In this document: positions 11,257 to 23,773 of the stretch, piece by piece
Position numbering within the stretch: the stretch's first letter is position 1
Layout of the letters: every line of letters starts with the position of its first letter
Source of the DNA: Neoechinorhynchus agilis
Lineage: Eukaryota > Animalia > Acanthocephala
Direction: 5' to 3'
Length of the DNA: 64,000 nt
NCBI GenBank assembly: GCA_051530055.1
Contig: CM121342.1
Span: 5,827,489-5,891,488, forward strand
The notes under the pieces: model-generated
Database searches by the model: none
Told to the model about the DNA's origin: nothing
The model's input: only the letters and a program-made list of their open reading frames with translations
Translations under genes and position numbers: made by a program

Positions 11257-12529
11257 ATTTAAAGACTTCACGAGATGATTCAATCTTTTTCTTAGTAGCG
11301 TTATCGTGTAATCATCGGGATGTTTCTATTTTAGATGGCAAACTTTGGGAAAATGCCGAAAATATCCAACATGAAATATCAGAAATCAGTAAATTTCAAT
11401 CCCAGGAGGGGTCGTTCCTTTTCTCCCGTCGAAGACTCGTATATTTTGAAATCGTTTCTCGGATATCATGAACCAAAATGAACATGAGGAAAGAGCCAAT
11501 TTAGCGAATTCTCCTTCGTGCAATAGCCACCAACTTCCCCCCCCCCCACTCGACTGGACCAGTCAACAACAAAGACTTTCTTCATGCTTTTCCCTTCTCG
11601 GGGTCGCACAAACCCCTCCGGCCCGTTTTTCTCTCTCAGACGTCGATCCTTAGCCACACACAATCTTTCCATCGTTTTCTCAGCCATCCGTGCCTCCTGG
11701 CCCCTCTTCGATTTCCTCAACCTTTCGAATATATCGATTCGGATAAACCCGCCATCCACTCCAAAATCATCAAAACTCGAGTGCTCATTACTTTGTTCAA
11801 TAACAAATAAAAGGTGTCATTAATATAATCTAATACTCAATTTCATTTCTGTTGTTTCGATTTATTCAATGCATAAAAACTATTAACTGTGATGCTAGTT
11901 GAATTTCTTTCTAAAATATATATTAAAAGTACTTTAAATTGTCAATAGTTTTTTCATCTGCCACGGAATAGCATCCCACTGAACCTTTGAGTCGAGTTGA
12001 AAGTGGAATTTTACACAAATGCAGATTAGATTTTAATTTGTTTTACAAATCAAACTAAGAAAAAGTCACTTAATTTAATCGCTTTAGTGTTAGAAAAAAA
12101 AGCTCCGGTTCTTCGACCTAAAGATACCAAAAAAATTGATCTTTAAAACCCGGAGGGAAAACAAAATTCGCATAGGTAAAAGGTTCGACTAAATACCCGG
12201 TCGCATATCGACATTTTGAACCCTTACAAAGCGATTCTCCTTGGCGTTGAGACGACGTCAATTGACCGAATAGCAAAAGACTTAAGATTCCTCGTATTTT
12301 CTTTAATATCGTGGTTTTTCATGGCAGCGAAAAATTGAAGGAATTTCGGTTAAATCCAATATTTCGGCAAAGCGATTATTGTGCGCCTCTTTTTTTTAAA
12401 GATTTAACCAAAATTTCGTAAATTTTTCACGGCCATAAGCAAACACAGCTGAGGGTTGCCAAAAAAGACAAAATACAAGAGTTTAGGTCGAAATCATTAA
12501 TTCGTTTCATTTTTTGGGTCGAAATCATT

Positions 12530-12620
12530 CGTGTCGCTCGGTACCGCGGCGCAGGACCTGGTCACTTTCGATCCGAGATCACTAGCATTCGTCCTACAAA
12601 ACATAAGTTTGGTTCTCCGA
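12530..12620 (+). mobile_element. CRE 3' relic with internal deletion
   Basis: GGTACCGCGGCGCAGGACCTGGTC is the exact reverse complement of about 58197-58220; translates GTAAQDLV..DPRSLAFVLQNISL. Confidence 0.75.
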
Positions 12621-12703
12621 ACATTACACCAGATCTAAAACGTCTTATATAAATTTCATTCTATTAAACCGATTACTTACGTTCTCGCAAAAAAACAATA
12701 TCA

Positions 12704-14229
12704 TAAATGGAATTATTTTTTTGTTTACAACAAAACGTTTCAACAATCACCACCGTCCACGAAGAAGAGGCATCGCACTCCCCTCTGTGATCGCGACCAC
12801 GCTCGCTGCGTTTCCTCTTTAGATCGCGAGACCAATATTTTGGCGCAGGAAGGCACCAGCTCTTGTATTTCCTGTCTTTTAGAAGTCTTCACCCGCGGTA
12901 AATAATTTTTTCGATCGAAGAAGTTCTGTGAACCTCCTCGGGTTCATCATCAGTTTATTACCCGACGAGGTTCGCAGAATATCTTTAATTGAAAAAAATC
13001 ATTTACCGCGGGTGAAGACTTGTAAACAACACAATTCCAATAACATTCCCCGGTACTTCCTCGCACATATCGACAATATCGTAAATGGAATTATTTTTTT
13101 GTTTACAACAAAACGTTTCAACAATCACCACCGTCCACGAAGAAGAGGCATCGCTCTTCCCTCAGTGATCGCGACCACGCTCGCTGCGTTTCCTCTTTAG
13201 ATCGCGAGACCAATATTTTGGCGCAGGAAGGCACCAGCTATTGTATTTCCTGTCTTTTAGAAGTCTTCACCCGCGGTAAATAATTTTTTCAATCGAAGAA
13301 GTTCTGTGAACCTCCTCGGGTTCATCATCAGTTTATTACCCGACGAGGTTCGCAGAATATCTTTAATTGAAAAAAATCATTTACCGCGGGTGAAGACTTG
13401 TAAACAACACAATTCCAATCACATTCCCCGGTACTTCCTCGCACATATCGACAATATCGTAAATGGAATTATTTTTTTGTTTACAACAAAACGTTTCAAC
13501 AATCACCACCGTCCACGAAGAAGAGGCATCGCTCTTCCCTCAGTGATCGCGACCACGCTCGCTGCGTTTCCTCTTTAGATCGCGAGACCAATATTTTGGC
13601 GCAGGAAGGCACCAGCTCTTGTATTTCCTGTCTTTTAGAAGTCTTCACCCGCGGTAAATAATTTTTTCAATCGAAGAAGTTCTGTGAACCTCCTCGGGTT
13701 CATCATCAGTTTATTACCCGACGAGGTTTGCAGAATATCTTTAATTGAAAAAAATCATTTACCGCGGGTGAAGACTTGTAAACAACACAATTCCAATAAC
13801 ATTCCCCGGTACTTCCTCGCACATATCGACAATATCGTAAATGGAATTATTTTTTTGTTTACAACAAAACGTTTCAACAATCACCACCGTCCACGAAGAA
13901 GAGGCATCGCACTCCCCTCTGTGATCGCGACCACGCTCGCTGCGTTTCCTCTTTAGATCGCGAGACCAATATTTTGGCGCAGGAAGGCACCAGCTCTTGT
14001 ATTTCCTGTCTTTTAGAAGTCTTCACCCGCGGTAAATAATTTTTTCGATCGAAGAAGTTCTGTGAACCTCCTCGGGTTCATCATCAGTTTATTACCCGAC
14101 GAGGTTTGCAGAATATCTTTAATTGAAAAAAATCATTTACCGCGGGTGAAGACTTGTAAACAACACAATTCCGATCACATTCCCCGGTACTTCCTGGCAC
14201 ATATCGACAATATCGTAAATGGAATTATT
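12704..14229. repeat. 378-bp tandem array, about 4 copies; unit = CRE 3' end (minus strand) + foldback MITE + spacer
   Basis: Period 378 (12747, 13125 and so on). The minus strand reads TGNTRAGAFLRQNIGLAI*RGNAASVVA...GRW*, matching the CRE C-terminus at about 8580-8699. Confidence 0.92.
12882..13022. mobile_element. Foldback MITE, family AAGTCT (one per 378-bp unit)
   Basis: AAGTCTTCACCCGCGGTAAAT...ATTTACCGCGGGTGAAGACTT inverted repeat with pairing continuing inward; TA lies 1 nt outside each arm. Confidence 0.8.
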
Positions 14230-14310
14230 GTTTAGAGAAAAAATCAGAGAGAGAGAAATAAGAAGCCAAAGGTAGAACGAGTTTATTTTCCAAACTAGCG
14301 TAGTGGGACG

Positions 14311-15458
14311 CTAAAAAGTGCACTGTGCTAGAGGGAAACTGGCGGCTGTTGCCACACCGCACATATTGTTTCGATTTCGCGCCATTTTGATATATCCCTC
14401 ATCTCCCCAAGTAGGTCCCCAACTGTTCTTAACAAGCCAATAAGGTTCACTGACTTCAGTTCCATTAACGAATGTTTTTTCTACGCCTGCTCCTACAATG
14501 AGTACTCCATGATCCAATGCTTCCGGTGAGCATTCTTCGTCTCTGTAGACTCCCGACCGATAAAACATGAATTCCGGCGACGAAGCATCGATTCCAATAG
14601 CGATTGGACCGTGTTTCTTAAGTGCTTGTAAGAGAGCATCTTCATCGCCTTCCGGAAGGATATCGACGAAGCTCACACAATTCGCGGCAACATTGGTTCG
14701 ATTGAATCGACACAGATCTTCCATGGTTTCATAAGGATAACTCTGTTCAGAGTCTATTCCTCGATTGTCAATCACGTATTGGAAGCAAAAATCCATGAGA
14801 CCTCCGTTACATCCATTATTTCCCCATGCCGACGAACAATCGAGTATCTGTTGTTCGCTTAAAACGGGAAGGTTGTGCCCAGCCAGGGCGTAGGCCGCTT
14901 CCAAAGCACCGGTAGCCGCAAATGAGTAACATGAACCACAATGTCCTTGATCTTTGACGGCAGTCACCACTCCACGTTTCCTATAGTCTATATTGACAAC
15001 ACGATTGGTCTCGTTCTCTTTCACGAAGGCGTCTCGTCGGAACATTCGTCTTGATCGCGATCGTTGTTGATCGCTATATCGAAGACCATTTAGAGTCGAT
15101 TTTATCATACTCGGACTTAGGTCAGAATATGCATGCAGTCCGAGTCTATAAGTTGATCTGGGATTTGAGTTGTGTTTGGCGACTAAATGGACGTTTTCTA
15201 CGAAGTTTTGGAGGCTATCGTTTTCTTCGTGGACGTAAGTGTACATCACCGGTCATTTTTTTTGAGAAAGCAAAAAATGATCACTGATTATGCTTTTTTG
15301 AACGACGATTTCCAAAACTTCCAAAGAGACGAAATTGCATCGTTGAACGTCAAATCACTGGTAGCCAATCGTTCATCGAGCTCAAGTGCTGTCTTATAGT
15401 CACGACTGGAACAACAGGTAAGAAGACCAAGAATTAAAAGACTAAATCTCAATACCAT
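14311..15458 (-). CDS. CTSL: Cathepsin L-like papain-family cysteine protease (signal peptide, I29 propeptide, C1A domain)
   Basis: QGHCGSCYSF, CNGGLM, LDHGVL and YWLVKNSWG motifs; 367 codons after removing 47 nt TA-to-TA. Confidence 0.93.
15242..15290 (-). other. TA-flanked hairpin intervening sequence (47 nt removed)
   Basis: Sense strand: GCA-TA-ATCAGTGATCATTTTTT...AAAAAAAATGACCGGTGAT-G-TA-C. The join gives KKAYTYVHEE; I found no in-frame GT-AG option. Confidence 0.88.
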
Positions 15459-16080
15459 TTTTCTCGTTTGATCTCGAATTAAAGACCACGTTCGTTGTCG
15501 AAAAGGTAAAATGCCTCTCTCACACACAAACGTTAAAAAAGAGTGTCTATTTATGTGCTGTAACTGAAAATAGACGAGAAGCACGCAAAGTGTCTTAAAC
15601 ACACACCAAAAATGCGTGTGAAGATAAAATCGTGGCTCGCTTAAAATATAACCATAAAAGCAACCAAAAATACCGAGATCGTGTCGTTCTTTCAAAAATT
15701 AAGCCAAATTTGTCTTTATTCCATAGTAACCTTCTACGCTAACTCAAATTTTCAGCACGTGGAAATTTGATTTTATCCCGATTGCTTGTGCTTCTTAACC
15801 TCTGTTACTAAAAAATAGAATCAGAGACTTTGCAGCGGTGAAAAAACAATAAAGCAAAAAATTATTTAATTCTCACCTTTTGAAATTTTTTAATCAAACA
15901 CTGGGGTTTCGGTTATTCGTATAGAAAGAAAATCTCTTATCCGAATATTATCCAGTCCGAATTCGACAATAAAAGACGTTCCATTGTATTTAATAATCGT
16001 GATTTTACTGAAAATCAAGAAAATCAAAAACAAAGTTCAAGATCTGTTTGGACATCAAAATTTAAACTGCCACGCTCTTA

Positions 16081-16253
16081 AAAAACGACTAAATCGACGG
16101 GAAACTTCTTGTGATTACTAAGAAAAACCCGGAGTTTGGTCTTTTTCTTTGTATGTAAAAAAGAAACTTGATTTTTTTTGTAGTATATCGCCCTAAAAAA
16201 CGACTAAATCGACGGGAAACTTCTTGTGATTACTAAGAAAAACCCGGCGTTTG
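16081..16253. repeat. About 58-bp direct repeat, two copies 115 bp apart
   Basis: AAAAACGACTAAATCGACGGGAAACTTCTTGTGATTACTAAGAAAAACCCGG occurs twice. Confidence 0.85.
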
Positions 16254-17126
16254 ATCGCTCCATTCTTCTTCTTTAAAAAAAGGAACTCATTAAGGGAAGC
16301 ACTATGAAAAACATAACTCACAGAAGCTATGAGTCTCTCTCCCCCGTGAACAAACAGAAAAATTGCATTCGGATGTGGTTAGATATTTTATTGTTTATGT
16401 CGCTTGCCGTAAAGACGAATCAAATTGCGATGTTTCATTCAAAAAAATAGATTTATCTTGAAAATTTTCGGCCTTTTCGTTGGCCTTTATCAGTCAATTG
16501 AAACTATAATAACTTCTTTACGGTAAAGACGAATGAGTAAATTTCGACCGATTGAACAAGACTAACGAAGTGAGATTTCTCCTTTCGAAATATTTCTTAA
16601 TTCAAACAAATACCTCTTAACGGGACTCAATTCTAACTTTATGATCCCGATGGATTTTATCCTTATTTTTATAACCTTTTTCTTTAATATGAGGATGCAT
16701 TCTCTTTCTGAATCACTGATTTTCTGATAAACCCATTGTATAATCTTAGTCAAAAAAAAATTCTGCTTGGTCCGACAGCATCAATTGTCTCAGTGGCGAG
16801 AAGTTGGAAAATGACGACATTTTAATTTTGGCCATTCCGTCTCTGGGAAAATATTGACAGTTAAGAGCAGTCGCTACAGTCGACTTTGGTCGCTTCTACC
16901 GATTGAATCCTAGTCATTTGATCGATTTAATATTCGATTTGCCAATGACTAGGATTCAACCGGTCGAAATATATTCGTCTTTAAAGCGATCTCCCTCGGG
17001 TGTCGCGACCTAAACAACCAAAAAAACACGTCACGTGTGGCTCGCTCGTGGATTCCAACACGAAAGAATCGTCTTTGTGCCAAATGGACACGTCCACTTT
17101 TCGGCAAAAACCGTTCTTGGAGATCT

Positions 17127-20100
17127 ATGAACACATTGAACCGTTTGCTCGACCAACTCAGTATATCTGAGAAAAGTTTGCCTGGACATGAAATTGGTTC
17201 GAATCATCGTAAAAAGCAGCTTCTCTCGTTCGCTCATTGCTTTGAACAACCTCAATTCGATTATTGGACACGGTCGAGTCAACGAGAGCAGCAGAGTGGT
17301 CGAGTGACTCAAAAGATCGGAAATAACTTGATAATCGATTACTGTTACATCGTCGATCTCCGGGACGTTCAATTCGAGACCAAAGAACACATTTCAATCG
17401 GAACTCATGTGCGATACTCACTAAAGAATGGTGGTCGTATTGTTCAAAATGTGACTAAAGTGACCAAAGACGCGAAGAATCGTATGGATGAAGATGGAGG
17501 TTGGTTGAGGCAACAAATGTCTCAACATGGTGGAGGCGGTTACGTAGGTTGTGTTAGTCGCTTTGACGGGTTTCAAGGCAAAATCGACGAAGCGATCAAC
17601 TTTGATCGATCGAATTTACTCGATTGGTGCTATGAGCCCTGTGTTCACGATTGGGTCACTTGTGTGCCTGAGAACGATGATGAACTAAAAAAAGAAGTGA
17701 AGTTTAAGGTGAAACCGAACCGAATTATCCAGATTAGTGGACCGTACCATAAACGAAGGACACGTTATGCATTCGTTGGCAACGTCGTCCACATCGACAC
17801 TGAACTCATCGATGTCAGTTTTATCAGAGAAGGTGATGTGCTTTTCGTAATCGGGGTCGAATCCAGCGTTTTTGAACAGGGATGGAGAGCTGTTGGATTG
17901 TGTAAAATTGTAACGGAAAATGTAGAAGAGAACGTAATTGGTCGTCTGGTTGTAAAAGGATGCGATGGTATCATCGAAACAAGAGGTTATCTCTACTGTA
18001 ACTTCGAACGAACTCAATGTTCAGTCAAAATGAACATCGTAACCGTGAGTGCGCCCAGTTGTCGATTTCTAACACCATGCACCAAATCACCATTTCTTTC
18101 TATCCAATTTTTTGTGGGCGTTTTACTACCGAGTAATCGATATTTTTCGAAATATCAGTCTGACAGGATTCACCAACGTACAATCAAATTCACCCCGAGG
18201 ATGTTGACTTTGAGCTTTCAATTCTTTTCAACTTTGTGGCACACTCACGAGAAGAAGGCAAAGGACACGTGAAGATAACAAAGATCAGTCTTTCTAATAG
18301 TTCAGGACCGTTCATCGTGCGTTCAGTGCTATTAAACAACAATCCGATCACTCAATACCCATTTACACTACGAGCAGCCGTCGACGAAGAGCTGAAGATT
18401 TTGGTTGATTCCAAAACCAAGTTTGATTTTAACATTTCTGAGCTTCAAATTCACCTGAAGACGAGCGAATCGACGTACGTTTGGAAGAAGATTTTAGTTT
18501 TTCAGAACGATTTTACAGCGAGTTCATTTGTGTTTCAGTCGTTTACATGTTATATTCGAGGCAAGGATGAATGGAGGCGGTACACTCAAAGTGGTCACCG
18601 AGCTCGATCACATCTCAGGTGTAGAATCAATAAGACGGACGTTGCTCACCGACAACTCCATTTTGAAGAATCTAATACTCACGAGAAACCCCCAAATGAC
18701 CTTAAAGATTTGATGATGAGCACGACTTTTAGTTCACGCGTCCTCGCCCAATTTTATCCTTATCTTCAACACAATCTAAACTGGATTCATTATGACCGAA
18801 CTTTGCATACTCTTTTACATCTTGAACAAATTACAGTTGAGATGCATGCATTTCAAAGTCCTAGTCATGGTGTAGTGTTCAAAGAAGAACGACAGCGACT
18901 TTTATCGTTCATATGGCCGTTTTCTGAAGATCAACTTGTTTCGGTTATGATTAACGACAAAATAGTGGCCGACGAAACCTTTGAAGGATTCATCCATAAA
19001 GTGGTTGATGACAAAGTTTTTGTCAAATTCGATGTTCAATTCTTCAATAGTGTTGTTGGACCGAGGACTAGTTCAATGGCAACAACAAAACGGTTCAAAA
19101 TAAGACACATTCCAGATACCAGCGTGTTTCGTAGGTGCCATCATGCCATATCGTACATCAAGAATGAACGGGAATTTGAACATATTCTGTTTCCTCGTTT
19201 AAGTCAATGTGTCCAATTGAACACGTCTCAGTGTAAACATAACGAGCCTATAAATGGACAGCTTAACGAAATGCAGAGGTTAGCGGTTGAAGGCATATTG
19301 CGATGGTCAAATGTTCATCCCGAACTTCCATCACCTCCTTTGTTACTTTTTGGTCCACCAGGAACGGGAAAAACGGTCACACTCGTTGAAGCTATAACTC
19401 AAGTCTATAAAATGTCAACACTAACGAAAATCCTTGCTTGTGCGCCATCGAACGCGGCATCCGACCTTATTTGCGAACGGATTCTGTCCACGACTCATAT
19501 ACCACAATCTCAAATTGCCAGAATTTACGCTCAATCTAGGAATGTGGACGATATTCCCTCGTCGTTATTACAAGTCAAAGTTCATCAACAAGACATTGAA
19601 CCTTTTTTGAGACGGCGAGTGATTGTAGTAACGTTCTCAACGGCGTCTCAACTTATTTATCAAAGCGGACGAATTCCCGACTTTACTCATTTGTTTCTGG
19701 ACGAATGTGCACAAGCGACTGAACCTGAAGCACTTATACCTCTTCGGGTAGCTGGTGGCAAGGGGCGTATTATTGTGCTGGCCGGAGATCCATGTCAACT
19801 TGGAAGTGTGATCAAATGTAAAGAAGCATCAGAGTTTGGATTAAACCGTTCTTTAATGCAACGTCTTATGGATCAGTGTCCGGACGTGTACTCGGACGAA
19901 CGGGGCTATTTCTTCACTCTGAACAATACATACCGATTTAGTTATCCATGTCTCATTCAAACGCCATCGAGGATGTTCTATAAAGACAGATTAGTGGCCG
20001 TGAGAAATAATTATGTTGATTCTCTTAACATCGACGATAATCGAGTAAAGAAAACATTTCCAAGAGGACTTGATTTCCCACTTATGTTTGTTCAAGTACC

Positions 20101-20584
20101 CTTTGGAAAATGTGAAAGATGCCCCGTTACAATGTCCTGCTTTAACATGGCGGAAGCCGGCGTCGCTTGCAAGTACGTTGCCATTATGTCCCAAATCGGA
20201 GTCCCCGTCAATGAAATCGGAATCATTACGCCCTATAGAAAACAAATAAAAGTGATCCGGAACCTTCTGGTTGAATTATTTGACCAGGAAACAGTTGAAA
20301 TGGTAAGAATTGGTACCGCTGAACAGTTTCAAGGCGATGAACGAACCGTCATCATTGTGAGCACTGTGAGGTCCTCGGGAACAAAAGAGAAAGATAATAT
20401 TGGATTCCTTCATTGCCCCAAAAGATTTAACGTGTCCATTACAAGAGCGAAATGCTTCATGATTTTAATTGGAAACGGAAAAACCATTTCGATGAGTCCA
20501 CATTGGAAAGCCATTATTGACTATTGTGATGCTAACCAGTCAATTGTGGGTGAGGGTACTATGAACAAAAAAAATACGATGTAA
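17127..20584 (+). CDS. MOV10L1: MOV10L1/Armitage-like SF1B RNA helicase
   Basis: N-terminal OB-like repeats (GKIDEAINF...EPCVHDWV), LHTLLHLEQ, FGPPGTGKTVT, CAPSNAASD, LDECAQ, LAGDPCQL, ITPYRKQ, QFQGDE, RFNVSITRAK. One GT-AG intron at 18045-18166; 1112 codons. MOV10L1 rather than MOV10 rests on the N-terminal extension. Confidence 0.8.
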
Positions 20585-20774
20585 ATGGTGCCACCACAAA
20601 TAGTCACACTTCTTAGATTCTACCATTGTTACAAGGGTCGATCGCAGTAGATTTGTCTATGCTGATCCTACTCAAACGCCGTCCCCTTGCAACGTTTCAC
20701 GGAAAAGAGCCTCTAAAATTTGCACAGTTGATCTTAATTCGTTCAATGAATGCCTTTCAAATGAGAAAACCACT

Positions 20775-21390
20775 CACAATCCCAATTCATTTCATCTTCC
20801 TCTACTTCCGCTCCTTTTTCCATTCTGCCAAATCTTCTCGGATATTTGAACTTGAAATGAACCCGAGGAAAGATTCAAACCTCGTAAACTCTCCTTCGTA
20901 CGATAATCACCAAATTTCACATTCATTTAACCTCTCATTTCGTTCAAGTGTTCACGAAGACTCAGATTTAGATGGTTCCTCTACTTTTAACAATAAAACG
21001 TATTATAATCCCAATTCTTTTCATCTTCCTCTACTTCCGCTCCTTTTTCCATGCTGCCAAATCTTCTCGGATATCAGAACTTGAAATGAACCTGACGAAA
21101 GATTCAAACCTCGTAAACTCTCCTTCGTACGATAACCACCAACTTTCACATTCATTTAACCCCTCATTTCGTTCAAGTGTTCACGAAGACTCAGATTTAG
21201 ATGGTTCCTCTACTTTGAACAATAAAACGTATTATAATCCCAATTCTTTTCATCTTCCTCTACTTCCGCTCCTTTTTCCATACTGCCAAATCTTCTCGGA
21301 TATCAGAACTTGAAATGAACCTGAGGAAAGATTCAAACCTCATAAACTCTCCTTCGTACGATAACCACCAACTTTCACATTCATTTATCC
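20775..21390. repeat. 229-bp tandem repeat, about 2.7 copies, related to the 47-bp minisatellite
   Basis: Period 229 (20778, 21007, 21236); contains CGGATATCAGAACTTGAAATGAACCTGA(C/G)GAAAGA. Confidence 0.92.
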
Positions 21391-21446
21391 TAACAGAACT
21401 CTTCAAACAATAACAAAACGAGTTATTTATGTGATTATTTGAATTG

Positions 21447-22013
21447 TTAAATAAGGATCGGCGACGGTGGTCTTTGTGGAATGTTCTTCGGTTTCGCGAT
21501 AGTATAAAGGAGAATCGCCCAAAAAACAATGCTAGCATCAAATACAAGAAACCAAGAGTGTGAGTTTGGGGACCAATTCTTAACTATTTTTAATATGTTC
21601 AAATAAACATAAAAAAAGAAACCTACTTGAACGTGAAACGATCAGATTTGTCAATCGTGCCGAACAAAATGAAGATCCGGCCATTCCAATAATAACTGCA
21701 GCGCCGCATACATTTCTTGTGGTTCGTCGATCATTCCAATAGTTGTTCCAATCAAGACATTGTACGACGAGTATAGGAATTGCCAGAATTCCTGTTAAAG
21801 TTAGAAGAAATGGTAAAGTATTTATGTTTAACCTGTGACAAAGCACCAAACTCCAAGCCATACATTTAAATTTGTTGTAATCATTATAGTTCCAATGAAT
21901 ACATGAAAACCAAGACCTAGAACAGGCGTTAAGATCCAACAAAATCGCCTATAGATTCCTTGTTGCGATTGAGAAATTACAAATTGGTCGTTCAATAAAG
22001 GTTGTAAGTTCAT
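21447..22013 (-). CDS. Four-TM membrane protein resembling heme transporter HRG1/SLC48A1
   Basis: Two GT-AG introns (41 nt, 21792-21832; 43 nt, 21584-21626); 161 codons. Pattern N-x-N...W...TG-x-x-A...YW...G...S-x-S-W...W-x-x-L-L-Y recalls the HRG family; recognised by eye only. Confidence 0.5.
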
Positions 22014-22362
22014 TGAAACTTACAAAAAATGTCTTCAAATTAAAGGAGGAAACGAGGATTTTGCACTTTCAATCACAAATCCTCAGACATCATGAGAGTT
22101 TTGGACCAAAAATAACCAATCTCACATTGAACAAAAAATCAAAATTAGACGGATTCTTCGCACTTATCTCGAACCGATCACCTACGAATTTAGTATCGAT
22201 TTATGGGCTCAAATTGGTCGTTTGATCACTGTGTGTAGGGGATCGATAATTCTCACATTGATCGACGTTTTGAAGACGATCGATTTGAAAAAAGAACGAT
22301 CACGTTTTTGATCCGTTTGAAATTATAAAACATGCGGCATTGAACGATGAAACAAAATCACT

Positions 22363-23700
22363 GAGACGGATCGTTCGTGAGAGAGCGTGAAAACACAACT
22401 GGATTAATCCTCAATAGAGAAAATCCTTCGGGTTAATCAAAGTTTATAATTTTGGTGAAAATACTCCCCCGGTAATAACCTATTTGATTTATTGGAGAAG
22501 TTTCAACTGGAGACGGATCGTTCGTGAGAGAGCCTGAAAACACAACTGGATTAATCCTCAATAGAGAAAACCTTCGGGTTAATCAAAGTTTATAATTTTG
22601 GTGAAAATACTCCCCGGTAATAACCTATTTGATTTATTGGAGAAGTTTCAACTGGAGACGGATCGTTCGTGAGAGAGCCTGAAAACACAACTGGATTAAT
22701 CCTCAATAGAGAAAATCCTTCGGGTTAATCAAAGTTTATAATTTTGGTGAAAATACTCCCCCGGTAATAACCTATTTGATTTATTGGAGAAGTTTTCTCA
22801 ACTGGAGACGGATCGTTCGTGAGAGAGCCTGAAAACACAAATGGATTAATCCTCAATAGAGAAAATCCTTCGGGTTAATCAAAGTTTATAATTTTGGTGA
22901 AAATACTCCCCCGGTAATAACCTATTTGATTTATTGGAGAAGTTTCAACTGGAGACGGATCGTTCGTGAGAGAGCCTGAAAACACAAATGGATTAATCCT
23001 CAATAGAGAAAATCCTTCGGGTTAATCAAAGTTTATAATTTTGGTGAAAATACTCCCCCGGTAATAACCTATTTGATTTATTGGAGAAGTTTCAACTGGA
23101 GACGGATCGTTCGTGAGAGAGCCTGAAAACACAAATGGATTAATCCTCAATAGAGAAAATCCTTCGGGTTAATCAAAGTTTATAATTTTGGTGAAAATAC
23201 TCCCCCGGTAATAACCTATTTGATTTATTGGAGAAGTTTCAACTGAGACGGATCGTTCGTGAGAGAGCCTGAAAACACAAATGGATTAACCTCAAAGAGA
23301 AATCCTTCGGTTAATCGTTTATAATTTGTGAAAATTCGTAATAACCTATTTGATTTATTGGAGAAGTTTCAACTGGAGACGGATCGTTCGTGAGAGAGCC
23401 TGAAAACACAAATGGATTAATCCTCAATAGAGAAAATCCTTCGGGTTAATCAAAGTTTATAATTTTGGTGAAAATACTCCCCCGGTAATAACCTATTTGA
23501 TTTATTGGAGAAGTTTCTCTCAACTGGAGACGGATCGTTCGTGAAGCCTGAAAACACAACTGGATTAATCCTCAATAGAGAAAATCCTCCGGGTTAATCA
23601 AAGTTTATAATTTTGGTGAAAATACTCCCCCGGTAATAGCCTATTTGATTTATTGGAGAAGTTTCAAATGGAGACGGATCGTTCGTGAGAGAGAGCGTGA
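22363..23700. repeat. About 147-bp tandem array, about 9 copies
   Basis: GAGACGGATCGTTCGTGA starts at 22363, 22510, 22655, 22805, 22952, 23099, 23245, 23376, 23527 and 23671. Confidence 0.97.
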
Positions 23701-23773
23701 GAATTGGATTGTTGTTCGGAAAGAAACATTCTACCCAATTCGAGGTTTTGGTTACATTTTTGAAGCTCTCAAA

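Noticed and set aside
12928-13956. Three 90-aa ORFs
   Set aside because: They are by-products of a MITE plus antisense CRE fragment in the 378-bp repeat.
18045-18166. TA-type junction in MOV10L1
   Set aside because: A strong GTGAGT...CTGACAG intron is phase-compatible, and I found no convincing TA-bounded stem.
22363-23700. Spliced-leader RNA gene array (AATTTTGG Sm-like site in each unit; CRE element in the window)
   Set aside because: No leader-exon/GT donor arrangement or SL stem-loops could be identified; the Sm-like word is common in AT-rich DNA.
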